DNA of 64,000 nucleotides from a virus. Its lineage: Duplodnaviria; Caudoviricetes. Below, in pieces: positions 25,266 to 35,047 of the stretch. The stretch is from the IMG/VR virus record IMGVR_UViG_3300042465_005116, positions 128,001 to 192,000 of that record; one strand, 5' to 3'. A program made the translations under genes and the position numbers. Below the pieces are notes generated by a model that saw only the letters and a list, made by a program, of their open reading frames with translations, was not told the origin of the DNA and made no database searches. The first letter of the stretch is position 1. Each line of letters begins with the position of its first letter.

Positions 25266-25609
25266 TAGTTAAAGTTTATACTTGATTCGAATTTACTCCT
25301 TTCAGTTGGTTCATATGAATAGGGTGATTCCTTAATTTGTTTAATCATTTTATACAATACCGCACACTCCTCATACCATTCCACCTCCGTTGCCCATTCT
25401 AACATTTCAGTTATATCTGATATCTTTTCCTCCATTGATATTGAGGTATCGGACATCAACTCAGTTCTGAATCTCGTATCCATTAACATATGAATAGAAT
25501 GTTCGAATAACTTATCGCGTAGGGAATTAAGAGCTTCAAAGTTTTTATCTCCGGTTACCCATTCATTAGTTTCGTGTTCATCTGAATTAAACATATCATC
25601 CCAAGCCAT
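25265..25609 (-). CDS. hypothetical protein with UVR-like C-terminal motif
   Basis: EWYEECAVL. Confidence 0.5.
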   Translation of the reverse strand: MAWDDMFNSDEHETNEWVTGDKNFEALNSLRDKLFEHSIHMLMDTRFRTELMSDTSISMEEKISDITEMLEWATEVEWYEECAVLYKMIKQIKESPYSYEPTERSKFESSINFN

Positions 25610-25612
25610 AAT

Positions 25613-26272
25613 CTATTGTGTTTTAAGTTTCTTTTTATATTTCTTTGTTGCCTTTATTAATTCCTTATTTAGCGGTTGGGTTTCTACCGAAACCATTACT
25701 ACTGCACTTGTATCTAATTTAGATAGTTGTTCTTCGAATTCATCGGCCATTCCTTCGTAATCATAAACCTTATCACCCTTATCATCAGTATAAAAGTTTA
25801 CAGGGACCGTAAAGAATACAGCACCGGTATCTTGTTTATGGGGGTTACCATCGAACCCACCATTATTGGATTCTATATCAAACCCCTCTTCGTGTGCATT
25901 ATGTTCGGCGAATGCAGCATCATATAATCCTAACTGCTCATCATCTTCCATCATTTCTGTCAGACGAGTTCTAACCGATTCCTTTACATCTCTATGAAAG
26001 ACAACCTCGGCAACATCATCTTCCTTCCAATCATTTAATGCTTTTTTTAAATCTTCGGTATCAGTTTCCCTATACTCATCTGCCGCATCGTATACCCAAT
26101 TTTTAAATGCTGTTTGGTGATATCCCAATCCTACAATGAGGGTTTGAAAGGCCTCCATCAATTCATCTAAATCGGTATCACTATGGTCTATCTCAACCGA
26201 TACCCTTGTACCATATTGTTGTGCCGTAATGATTGTGGGCTTTATAAAGTCCGTTATACTTTTGTTATTCAT
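25613..26272 (-). CDS. acidic hypothetical protein
   Basis: 219-aa ORF. Confidence 0.6.
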   Translation of the reverse strand: MNNKSITDFIKPTIITAQQYGTRVSVEIDHSDTDLDELMEAFQTLIVGLGYHQTAFKNWVYDAADEYRETDTEDLKKALNDWKEDDVAEVVFHRDVKESVRTRLTEMMEDDEQLGLYDAAFAEHNAHEEGFDIESNNGGFDGNPHKQDTGAVFFTVPVNFYTDDKGDKVYDYEGMADEFEEQLSKLDTSAVVMVSVETQPLNKELIKATKKYKKKLKTQ

Positions 26273-26419
26273 ATTATTTGTTTTTAATTGTTTTCATCTA
26301 AATCCCAATCGGCCTCGTTGTTATCCCCAATGGTGTTACCCATCTTTACCATCATATAGGTAAATCCTATAACTCCACTAAACCATACTACCATTATTAT
26401 TATTTCCGTTTCCATCTTC

Positions 26420-27034
26420 TTATATTGTTGAACAATAATTTACTCTCCATAATCCATCAGTCCCCTTTACTAAATATCTACCACATCTTCGATTTGGGTC
26501 TTGTCGCTTCAAATTATGTAGGTGATGTATAAATGAACCTCCCCTTTCTTTGTCGCTAAAACCTCTTATTTTCAATTGATAGTAGTTCTGCATATCAGTA
26601 AATCGAACCCCATTCCCCAATACGCCACCCGCATTACATTCCACAAAGTCCAGTAGCTCTTGCCCCACCCATCCCCATTCGCCCTTCACTAGTTTCTCAC
26701 CACCAGTTATCCGATAGTAATCCGCCCGAACCCTATTAAGGAAGTCCGAATAAGTGTTCCAATACTTACCGGCAGTGATTATCATATCTAATTCACGCCA
26801 GATAACGAAACGGTCTTCAGTCGTGTATCGGGTATTCCCCATAACCCAATCACGAAGCCTTAATAGACCCGTAGTATATTCCGGTGTCAGTTCAGCATAT
26901 GATATGTAATAGGGTTCTATACTCGCTAACTCCTTTCTAGTACTCCGTGCTGGGGTATAGGTAGGTGTAGGGTATTGTAGTGTACTACTTAGTATACTAT
27001 GTAGTGTAGGAGTAGTAATGCTTGTGGGGTTCAT
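26420..27034 (-). CDS. hypothetical protein
   Basis: 204-aa ORF, Thr/Pro-rich N-terminus. Confidence 0.55.
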   Translation of the reverse strand: MNPTSITTPTLHSILSSTLQYPTPTYTPARSTRKELASIEPYYISYAELTPEYTTGLLRLRDWVMGNTRYTTEDRFVIWRELDMIITAGKYWNTYSDFLNRVRADYYRITGGEKLVKGEWGWVGQELLDFVECNAGGVLGNGVRFTDMQNYYQLKIRGFSDKERGGSFIHHLHNLKRQDPNRRCGRYLVKGTDGLWRVNYCSTI

Positions 27035-27048
27035 ATACGCAACGTCGT

Positions 27049-27270
27049 TTAAGGTTTAATTTTTTTTCTTTGTTCTTCGAACCACTTATGTAGTTGTTCG
27101 TTTCTCTTACGCGGGAATCTTTTATCATCATCGGGAAAGTACTTCTCCCATAGAACTAATGCCCACATAACTAATCCAAAGGATACTAAGGTGATACCTG
27201 TTAATAAGTCTGCACGTTCCATTATTTCTTTTTTGGTTTTGGTTTGGTTACATCCCTTAACATCTCCCAA
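27049..27270 (-). CDS. small membrane protein
   Basis: Single TM; start uncertain. Confidence 0.45.
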   Translation of the reverse strand: MGDVKGCNQTKTKKEIMERADLLTGITLVSFGLVMWALVLWEKYFPDDDKRFPRKRNEQLHKWFEEQRKKIKP

Positions 27271-27416
27271 TCTTCTTTGGATATGGGTTTTGCCATAAAT
27301 ATAGATTGTCTTATAAATGGGGATTGTGCTATGTGCATGAAATCCGACCTCTTCCTTTCAAATACTTCAACAAACTCGTCATACGTCTTTGTTCCTGTTA
27401 TAATATCTATTGACAT
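27222..27416 (-). CDS. hypothetical protein
   Basis: Directly behind the promoter at 27435-27466. Confidence 0.55.
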   Translation of the reverse strand: MSIDIITGTKTYDEFVEVFERKRSDFMHIAQSPFIRQSIFMAKPISKEDWEMLRDVTKPKPKKK

Positions 27417-27472
27417 AGTGGTTATTATTTAAAGCTAAGATACGAATAAAAATCCGTATTTCCAAATTTATT

Positions 27473-27829
27473 TTAAGTTTTTAAGTAGTTCTCATCTATT
27501 AGATGCTTAAAGTAATCCTCTATGGACTTCATAAACTCATTAGGGGTTTTCATATTTTTAGGACTAAACCCAAATGTTGGGTATGTCATAGGTGGGAATA
27601 CTGCATTAGGGCCGGTGGTATCATCCATCAATTGTAAGGTATAGAATTCACCAACGAAATTATGTTCTAATACCCTATTTAATACCAACCTCATATAATG
27701 GTTATAGGTATCCGATTTAATGGCCATATGATAGGATTCCGGTATGGGGGTAGTAACCCTCGTGATATGATAATCAGTTCCTATTATATGGGTGTTATTA
27801 ATTTTTTCTATGTTTCGTATTGTTAACAT
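27473..27829 (-). CDS. hypothetical protein
   Basis: 118-aa ORF. Confidence 0.55.
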   Translation of the reverse strand: MLTIRNIEKINNTHIIGTDYHITRVTTPIPESYHMAIKSDTYNHYMRLVLNRVLEHNFVGEFYTLQLMDDTTGPNAVFPPMTYPTFGFSPKNMKTPNEFMKSIEDYFKHLIDENYLKT

Positions 27830-28067
27830 ATTGTTTTATTTTATATACAACCATTACACTCAGTATTAGGATATTGAATGCGTAGTTAAAAAGGAGTGGC
27901 ATATCTCTTAATGGTATAATGTATATAAACATAAACACTTCACCCAAATACCACATCATAAGGAACGGCCAACCTAAGTGGCACCTCCCATCTTTAATTG
28001 TTCTTATCATTTCAGGGAACGCACATACTCCTAAGAATATTGCCCCTAAGTAACCCAGTATTTCCAT
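27798..28067 (-). CDS. PQ-loop/SemiSWEET-like membrane protein
   Basis: AFPEMIRTIK, three TM helices, LLFNY. Confidence 0.65.
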   Translation of the reverse strand: MEILGYLGAIFLGVCAFPEMIRTIKDGRCHLGWPFLMMWYLGEVFMFIYIIPLRDMPLLFNYAFNILILSVMVVYKIKQYVNNTKHRKN

Positions 28068-28088
28068 ATTATCGTTTTTGTAGTTCTT

Positions 28089-28493
28089 CTATTTCCTCAT
28101 CCAGTGAGGTAGGCTGTTTATCATATTATATAGTTGTGCTGATATAGAGAATGATGATGATATTGGTGCCGATAGGTTTTCTAAATCTATCAATCTATCT
28201 ACCAATAATTCCCAATTTTGTCTGAACCCAGTTATTGTCCGAATCGCATCGGTTTGGACTTGTATTTGAGTATGTAGTTTATTTTTAGGATTGCCCAACC
28301 AAATGATATGCTCATGTGGGTTTGGATTGTTGATATGTAAGGATAATTCCCACTTTGGTTTTTGTGGTAAGTTTAGATTCAATACATCCGCAAGGTATTC
28401 CGTTTCATACGCATTGTGTATTGGGTTAACTATACAATAACCTCTATATGTAATACCACTCAATTTCTCCCACCCTTTTATTTTTACTCCCAT
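28089..28493 (-). CDS. hypothetical protein
   Basis: 134-aa ORF. Confidence 0.55.
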   Translation of the reverse strand: MGVKIKGWEKLSGITYRGYCIVNPIHNAYETEYLADVLNLNLPQKPKWELSLHINNPNPHEHIIWLGNPKNKLHTQIQVQTDAIRTITGFRQNWELLVDRLIDLENLSAPISSSFSISAQLYNMINSLPHWMRK

Positions 28494-29659
28494 TAGATTA
28501 AACTTTTAGGTTTAGTTATATTACCAATCTCATAAAGCCTATCTATGAAAAGGTCTTTACATATTTGTTTACGATACTCTGAATTAAAGTATAACTCCTG
28601 ATTATGTCTGCAGATGGATACCACCTCCGGTGAATCCCACACTCTTGCTAATTCTACGGCACTATCTATAATTTTAGTTATTTTATCTCCACCACTCATA
28701 TCATCATAATCCTCATTGATTATGGAATCGAATGTTTTGAACCCCATCTCCCTTAGGGCTTTGAGGTGTCCTTTAGATGCTGATATAACAAATGGTCTTC
28801 CTAAGTATATTGCCTTAAATGTTTTTTCCGTTAGGTGTATTGCATCTTCATCTAATATCGTTTCCGTTACGATATCTACTTTACTTCGGTAATACCATTC
28901 TGGGTTTATGGTGAATAGGAATTCATCGTGGTATGATAACTTACTACCATACATTACATCCCCTTCCAATTGGATACCATCAAACTCATCTATGTTTATA
29001 TTCAGTTCTGATATTAGTTTCTTACTTATCTTATTAGGGGGTACAAAGTTATCTACCCACGTGAAACGAGTATCTCCCAACAATCCCCTATTAAACAACT
29101 CTTCTATGATTCGGTATTTGTGATGATACATCCTTCGGTTTAAACATAAGAACTCCTTATCCGGTTGGATGGTAGTGTTAATACCAACCTCTCCAATATA
29201 CTCCTTCATATGATTATAGGTTGATAAGAAAAAATGTGGGAAAAAGAAAGTATTCAATGCGTAATTATCATATCGTATTTTATGTACCCCAATTCTAGAG
29301 GAATCATTCTTTACAACAATCAAGCGATTGATATCAATTCCCTTTAATTTTAACGCATTCAAAAAGGATACACTCAATTTATCTACCCTCTGATGTGTCT
29401 CTCTAGAGAAATCCCCCATAAAGTAAAAGTTCTGATGTTGTATCCTATCCAATAGGTTTAGGAACTCATCTGATATAGTATTGGTTGTATATGGAAGCTT
29501 GGGACTGGTTTCCCATACAAAGACTAAGAAGTTTAGTTTGCTCGGGTCTATGATATCAGTATTCACATTCTTAAAACGAATACCTATATCCATTCGTTCA
29601 AGCATCTCCCTAACACCAGAACCTTCCATTATATCGGTATACCAAAAATCCATTTCCAT
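28493..29659 (-). CDS. putative glycosyltransferase-like protein
   Basis: FLCLNRR, DIVTET...LTEKTFKAIYLGRPFV...GFKTF. Confidence 0.5.
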   Translation of the reverse strand: MEMDFWYTDIMEGSGVREMLERMDIGIRFKNVNTDIIDPSKLNFLVFVWETSPKLPYTTNTISDEFLNLLDRIQHQNFYFMGDFSRETHQRVDKLSVSFLNALKLKGIDINRLIVVKNDSSRIGVHKIRYDNYALNTFFFPHFFLSTYNHMKEYIGEVGINTTIQPDKEFLCLNRRMYHHKYRIIEELFNRGLLGDTRFTWVDNFVPPNKISKKLISELNINIDEFDGIQLEGDVMYGSKLSYHDEFLFTINPEWYYRSKVDIVTETILDEDAIHLTEKTFKAIYLGRPFVISASKGHLKALREMGFKTFDSIINEDYDDMSGGDKITKIIDSAVELARVWDSPEVVSICRHNQELYFNSEYRKQICKDLFIDRLYEIGNITKPKSLI

Positions 29660-29973
29660 TATACTGCTGATTTCTGAAATGATATCATCTTACTTAATAA
29701 TTTATCCCTATCCTTTAAATTCGGAATCGTAATGAGTTGATTCGTATTTGATTTCTTCTTTCTATCCTCAAACGAAATTAGGACACCCCTTCTATTGGTG
29801 TAATCCTTATATATCATTATCTCATTGTAATCAGTACTATGTGACCACGCTATATGGTATAGGTAGTATTCAGTATTCTCACCCCTATACGCAATTTGTA
29901 CACTACTACCATCAAGTAGTATATGTCTAGCTGTTAGCTTATTGGGGTCGTCTAACCGGATTTTCCTACTCAT
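29659..29973 (-). CDS. hypothetical protein
   Basis: 104-aa ORF. Confidence 0.55.
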   Translation of the reverse strand: MSRKIRLDDPNKLTARHILLDGSSVQIAYRGENTEYYLYHIAWSHSTDYNEIMIYKDYTNRRGVLISFEDRKKKSNTNQLITIPNLKDRDKLLSKMISFQKSAV

Positions 29974-30242
29974 TATTCAATCGTTACATTTAATCCCCTC
30001 AATACTAAGGCATCTTTGTATTTAACCAAATCCTCATATGAACCCCTCTTTACGGAACACTTGCCGGTATTGTGAATAATCATTGCACATTGTTCCGCTT
30101 GTGTCGCCTCATGTCCTAATAACTTAATAAGACACAGGATAACCCATTCAAAGGTATTATAATCATCGTTCCAAATAATGAGGTTAGATTCTAATCCCGT
30201 ACCAACTACTTCATCTAATTCTATTTCATCTAATTCAATCAT
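29973..30242 (-). CDS. clpS: ATP-dependent Clp protease adaptor ClpS
   Basis: LIIWNDDYNTFEWVI..L...GHEATQAEQCAMIIHNTGKCSVKRG. Confidence 0.9.
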   Translation of the reverse strand: MIELDEIELDEVVGTGLESNLIIWNDDYNTFEWVILCLIKLLGHEATQAEQCAMIIHNTGKCSVKRGSYEDLVKYKDALVLRGLNVTIE

Positions 30243-30496
30243 ATTACATTTGCTTTATCCCATTCCTTTTTAAGATACCATCGATGTTTAACTTGTGAAT
30301 CCTCATTAAACTCTTCTAAGATATAAGTAAGAAGCCCTTTGGTGGATGCATCATATACTCCCGACGTATAAGTCCAAGCTAATTGTTGGCGATGGTTACT
30401 CGCCTGAACCTTAGTTCGAATCATCCAATCCCATTCATCTTTTATCAACCAACCCAACCATTCCTTTTGTATTGGTTTTAATACTTCATGTTTCAT
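30239..30496 (-). CDS. hypothetical protein
   Basis: 85-aa ORF. Confidence 0.55.
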   Translation of the reverse strand: MKHEVLKPIQKEWLGWLIKDEWDWMIRTKVQASNHRQQLAWTYTSGVYDASTKGLLTYILEEFNEDSQVKHRWYLKKEWDKANVI

Positions 30497-30655
30497 ACCA
30501 ATTCGTTTTGCGTAACACTAATGATACTAATGACTCACTTACCCATAGTAGTAAGGATAAGAACTAAGTAATTACTCAATCCCCATAAGACAAAGAGTAT
30601 ACCTAAGACAACCCCTATAAGGAAACCTATAATACTAATACTCCTCTCTACCCAC

Positions 30656-30835
30656 TTACTCACCTACCAACTCCAACATATCCCTCCAAGCAAGAGAACA
30701 CTCATTACTCTCCGAACCACCCTCCTCAATCTCAGATACAGCAAGGTGATATAAATCCCTTAACTCATCTGCCTGTTTGGGATACATATCTATTAATCTC
30801 AGTACCTCCAATCTCAACTCTCTTAAACCTATCAT
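30656..30835 (-). CDS. hypothetical 59-aa protein (MIGLRELRLEVL...)
   Basis: Read by hand; overlaps the upstream stop (ATGA). Confidence 0.45.
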   Translation of the reverse strand: MIGLRELRLEVLRLIDMYPKQADELRDLYHLAVSEIEEGGSESNECSLAWRDMLELVGE

Positions 30836-31047
30836 ATCGTATTCCTATTTATTGTTTCGTTTGTCGGTAATACATAATGGATATCTAATTCACTTAGGAC
30901 ACTTTGTATCATTGAATCACCTATTCCACTATTGGTTTTTGTATGTTCTAAGTAGTGGTCTACATACATTTGTGCCGTTACTACTTTACCATCCTTTGTG
31001 ACTTCTATCTTAATGATACCACTTTCATTTGTTATTTCGTTACTCAT
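30832..31047 (-). CDS. hypothetical protein
   Basis: Directly behind the promoter at 31066-31097. Confidence 0.6.
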   Translation of the reverse strand: MSNEITNESGIIKIEVTKDGKVVTAQMYVDHYLEHTKTNSGIGDSMIQSVLSELDIHYVLPTNETINRNTI

Positions 31048-31119
31048 ATTATTAATTATTTATACCAAAGATACGAAAAGTATTCCATATTTCCAAATCT
31101 AAAAAAGAAGTACCCACCC

Positions 31120-31506
31120 TTAACTTCCCATTTGAAGCCTATCATTGGAATAACACTCCCGAATCCCATTAAGGATATCCCTACCATCTTCCCCATAGAC
31201 CTCGAAATCTAAGACTCCCCCTAAATGTTTGACAATCGCTGAACCATTTAGGGTAATCAAATGGGGTGTATGACCATCTTCTCGAAACCCAATATGGACT
31301 TCGAACGCCTTGCCAAAGTTATGTAAGGAATCAAAATGCCAAATCATCTTTTCAATACCTGCCTTATGGCGTTCGGTTAATCGGTAGTTTCCGTTTGGAG
31401 TACGTGTTCCGGTTGGACCACTAGTAACTGTTACTATTGGTATTGTATTTCCACTACTCATTACCTTTTTAATAATTCCTAATGTATTTGCTGTATTCAT
31501 ACTCAT
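31120..31506 (-). CDS. hypothetical protein
   Basis: 128-aa ORF. Confidence 0.6.
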   Translation of the reverse strand: MSMNTANTLGIIKKVMSSGNTIPIVTVTSGPTGTRTPNGNYRLTERHKAGIEKMIWHFDSLHNFGKAFEVHIGFREDGHTPHLITLNGSAIVKHLGGVLDFEVYGEDGRDILNGIRECYSNDRLQMGS

Positions 31507-31718
31507 ATTGACTCATTTATTCTTTGATATACTATATCACCCCATAGGGGTAACCAGCCTATTTTTTCCTAGAGTGAAAAAGCTCGCCTCGATAAAAAAA
31601 CGTATCCGAGCCCCTTCGGGCCTCTTCGCCTTTTCTTGAGTTACAAGAAACCTCAAGGGGCGGGGTAAGCTACAGCTCCCCTCCCTCCTAGTGCAGTGTG
31701 ATACATATTGTTACATAC

Positions 31719-32066
31719 TTAGCCTAAGAGGTCTACTTGTGGATTCTCCGCTACTTCCTCCGGAGTCATAGAACTTGAGAGACCTAACTCTTCCAGTTCG
31801 CGAATCGCTTCCCTCTTTCCTCCTCTTATCAGATTCTCTGCTCCTTGCACATCTACTGCGATGATTGCTTTCTCTAAGGTGATGTATCTCCTATCTATAA
31901 TAGATTTCATTTTTGCTGGTCCCTTCTCGATGTAGACCATATCGGGGTACTTCTCTGATGGTGTATAGAGTATCTTTACGTTCTTATACTTCCATATACC
32001 AGCTTCTAATTCTTTTAATCCGTTCATACTATTGGGTTTATGTTTTATAATTTGAGTCATTTTCAT
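31719..32066 (-). CDS. hypothetical protein
   Basis: 115-aa ORF. Confidence 0.6.
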   Translation of the reverse strand: MKMTQIIKHKPNSMNGLKELEAGIWKYKNVKILYTPSEKYPDMVYIEKGPAKMKSIIDRRYITLEKAIIAVDVQGAENLIRGGKREAIRELEELGLSSSMTPEEVAENPQVDLLG

Positions 32067-32074
32067 TATTAGTG

Positions 32075-32653
32075 TTACGCAACCTTTAAGTAAGGTAAGG
32101 CTTTCTCGATAGTGGCATCGGTTACTTTGTAACTCTTAACCTTCTCAATCGCCTTCTCTAAGGATATCGGTCCCCAAACGTACTTACCGGCAATCATATC
32201 GGTCAACATACGAATCACATCAGGATATGTTCCGAAAGGCGCCTTATTACCAACATGAACATATTTCACACCTGCCTCGATTTCAGTACCATTCTCAGTC
32301 TTCATACCACTTACTTCGTATGAATCGTAACAATCTGTCCAACCATTAAACTTACCATACTCAAATGAGTTGGCGATGGTTCTGATATCAGCGTAGATAC
32401 TCACTTCAACTTCAGACCCGTCTGGCATACACATATCCACATCTAATGAGTTACCATTAGCGAAGGATGATGATTTACACCATATCAGGATGTTAGGGTA
32501 TTTGGACTTGGTATATGATTTAACTATCTTACCGGCGATTACTGGACTACCATAGATATAGGGGGTAACACCATCATTTCTCATTCTGATGACCTCTGCA
32601 GGTAACTCAACTTTAACTCCATTTACTACGATTGCGATTTTCTTACTTTTCAT
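32075..32653 (-). CDS. hypothetical protein, LPD29-like
   Basis: KSKYPNI...SSSFANGNSLDV...FEYGKFNGWTDCY; own promoter at 32690-32721. Confidence 0.5.
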   Translation of the reverse strand: MKSKKIAIVVNGVKVELPAEVIRMRNDGVTPYIYGSPVIAGKIVKSYTKSKYPNILIWCKSSSFANGNSLDVDMCMPDGSEVEVSIYADIRTIANSFEYGKFNGWTDCYDSYEVSGMKTENGTEIEAGVKYVHVGNKAPFGTYPDVIRMLTDMIAGKYVWGPISLEKAIEKVKSYKVTDATIEKALPYLKVA

Positions 32654-32758
32654 GTTTTATATTTTAATTGTTTATCTCTTATTACAAAGCTAACATACGA
32701 AGAATAATCGGTATTACCAAATGTTTTACCAATTATTTTTCAGAAAGTTATCAACATT

Positions 32759-33223
32759 TTATGCCGCCTTAGGAGTATTGTAAACGAAGGACTTACAACT
32801 ATGGAACTTCGTGTTCATCGCTTTCCATATGTTCCAGTCAACCATCTTAGGGAACGCACCATGCATATCACCTACTGTCAAACTCTCTAAGAGGCTCTTA
32901 TCAATACTATTCCATTTACCACCTTTGGTAGTCAGAACGGAGAACCAACTCCCCTTATACCCTAACTCACTCTCTTTGAAGAATTCCACATAGGTAGTGT
33001 GTTTAGATAGATAGTATGGTAACGCCTCCACCTTACAAGTAACTTCTGCAATGATAGGGAATCCAGCTCTTGCTTTAGTAATCATTCGGAACTTATAATC
33101 AACACCGGTTTCCATTAGGTTACCAACTGTGATTCGATTACCATTAATACGGATAGTACCATAGAATACTCCACCCGCCATTGTTCCTGTTGTCAACTCA
33201 ATTAAATTTGTCATATCTCTCAT
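32759..33223 (-). CDS. early-region hypothetical protein (MRDM start)
   Basis: Own promoter at 33235-33266. Confidence 0.65.
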   Translation of the reverse strand: MRDMTNLIELTTGTMAGGVFYGTIRINGNRITVGNLMETGVDYKFRMITKARAGFPIIAEVTCKVEALPYYLSKHTTYVEFFKESELGYKGSWFSVLTTKGGKWNSIDKSLLESLTVGDMHGAFPKMVDWNIWKAMNTKFHSCKSFVYNTPKAA

Positions 33224-33300
33224 TGTTTATAAAGCTAATCTACAAAGAATAATCCACATTTCCAAATATTTAACCATTTATTTTTAAACTATTTTAGGCA

Positions 33301-33340
33301 AAAAATAACCCATCTCGCGGAGGCTAATCTCGAGATGGGT
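33301..33340 (-). terminator. intrinsic terminator
   Basis: ACCCATCTCG/CGAGATGGGT stem followed by TATTTTT. Confidence 0.7.
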
Positions 33341-33565
33341 AGTTCAGAATGAACATTTCAGGATAGGAGAGAATGAGAGGCCTCCCTTTTTTAACTACTT
33401 CATAACCAACCCCTTAGCTATGAGTAGGGTAATAGACACCCGTGTGGTAATACCCGCGGGATTTACAACTATATCTTCCGGCATCCTAGAGAACACTCAA
33501 TCGGATGACCTATTCTTATAAAGCTAAGATACGAATAAAAATCCGTATTTCCAAATTTAATGTGT

Positions 33566-33595
33566 AAAAAAATGGGACCTATTACAGTCCCATTT
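33566..33595 (-). terminator. intrinsic terminator
   Basis: AAATGGGAC/GTCCCATTT stem followed by a T-run. Confidence 0.65.
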
Positions 33596-33621
33596 GTTAT
33601 TACCTAACCATTAGATGCTAA

Positions 33622-33843
33622 TTAAGCAGCCAATAATTCTTTTCTAGCAATACGTGCCTTATTCAAAGACTTCGTAGATACTGAAAATTTCTCACCCTCA
33701 ACAGCTACACGTACTCTGTAACTTACGTTACCAGTAGGGCTAGTGATTTTTTGGATGTTTGATTGAACTGACTCATACTGAGTTTTTCTCTTTGCAGATG
33801 CCTTCTTTGAAGTTGTCCCTGCTTTCTTTGACATTTTTGCCAT
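33622..33843 (-). CDS. basic nucleic-acid-binding protein (AP2-like C-terminus)
   Basis: Lys-rich N-terminus; SYRVRVAVEGEKF...KSLNKARIARKEL. Confidence 0.55.
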   Translation of the reverse strand: MAKMSKKAGTTSKKASAKRKTQYESVQSNIQKITSPTGNVSYRVRVAVEGEKFSVSTKSLNKARIARKELLAA

Positions 33844-34041
33844 AGTGTTTATGATTTAACGGCCGGTGTTGAATAGGGGTCCCAGCCTTTACCCCATTTA
33901 TTAATGTTGTTTACTTAGTAAAGATACGACAATTATTTGATACTACCAAATATTTGGGTAACTATTTTTTGGATTACTTCCCATAGGGTAGGTTGTTCCA
34001 TTGTTATTACGTCCACATAGGACTGAATACGTCTACTCATA

Positions 34042-34242
34042 TTATCGGTTTTCGTTTAAGGTGAATAGGGATTTGGGTAGTGGAGTATGTGATTCAATGA
34101 CACCCAATAGATATCCAGCTCTTTCAGCTATTCTATTTATCTCACTCTCTTCACGGTCTCTAATCCATGTATCACTATTGAACATTTCGGATAAGGCTAT
34201 CTTAAGCACCTCCACATGTTCAGGGGTTAAATTCAATTTCAT
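34042..34242 (-). CDS. hypothetical protein
   Basis: 66-aa ORF. Confidence 0.55.
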   Translation of the reverse strand: MKLNLTPEHVEVLKIALSEMFNSDTWIRDREESEINRIAERAGYLLGVIESHTPLPKSLFTLNENR

Positions 34243-34472
34243 ATTACTTGTGTTTAATGTGTTCTAACGTGGTTTTAAAAAAGGCGTATCCAACGATGGT
34301 TACTACTGCGATTAATACCGCTTCTAAAATTGTAATGTGTGTGTTCATATCTCTCATTGTTATAAAGCTAAGATACGGCAGTTTTTCCGTATTTCCAAAT
34401 TATTGACCTGGTTTTTTAAAAGTTCTTGATTGAGTATCAACGAGTTAGCTTAACGGGTTGACTACCAATGGG

Positions 34473-34682
34473 TTAGGGAAACTCTACTGCTGAACCATTA
34501 CTAGCGAATACGTTTATATCGTTGTAATCGGGTAGGGATACATTGTAGAACCCATCATTGAAATCCGTTAGGGTAACATCCAACCATTCGATTTGAATTT
34601 GGTTATTGTCACAATAGGCTTCGAATTCGACCGGATTCATACCAGTAGTTGCAGCGATTAAGTTTTTTAATGATACTCTCAT
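34473..34682 (-). CDS. hypothetical protein (paralog of 34699..34977)
   Basis: GMNPVEFEAYC...TDFNDGFYNVSLPDY. Confidence 0.65.
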   Translation of the reverse strand: MRVSLKNLIAATTGMNPVEFEAYCDNNQIQIEWLDVTLTDFNDGFYNVSLPDYNDINVFASNGSAVEFP

Positions 34683-34698
34683 ATATTTGTTTTTAGGG

Positions 34699-34977
34699 TT
34701 AATTAGTTATTACGACCGGTTGACCATTCACTGCGTACGCACATCGGTAACCATATTCAGGTAGAGTGACGTGGTATATCCCTTTATTAAAATCAGTAGG
34801 GGATGTGACCAACGAAACTGTTTGTATTCCTGCCAGTTCGCAGTACGCTTGAAATTCATTAGGTTTCATACCCGGTCCACCTTCGGTGATATTGACTAGG
34901 TTCATTAGGGATTTCAGACGGCTCATAGTGTTAGGGGTTATGTTCATAGGATTAGGGGTTAGGGGTTTCTCTCTCAT
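34699..34977 (-). CDS. hypothetical protein (paralog of 34473..34682)
   Basis: GMKPNEFQAYC...TDFNKGIYHVTLPEY; start moved behind the promoter at 34985. Confidence 0.65.
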   Translation of the reverse strand: MREKPLTPNPMNITPNTMSRLKSLMNLVNITEGGPGMKPNEFQAYCELAGIQTVSLVTSPTDFNKGIYHVTLPEYGYRCAYAVNGQPVVITN

Positions 34978-35047
34978 TACAAAGCTAATATACAAATAAT
35001 AAGGGAGACTACCAAATTTATTTGAAATCAATCTCTCTGACTATCAG

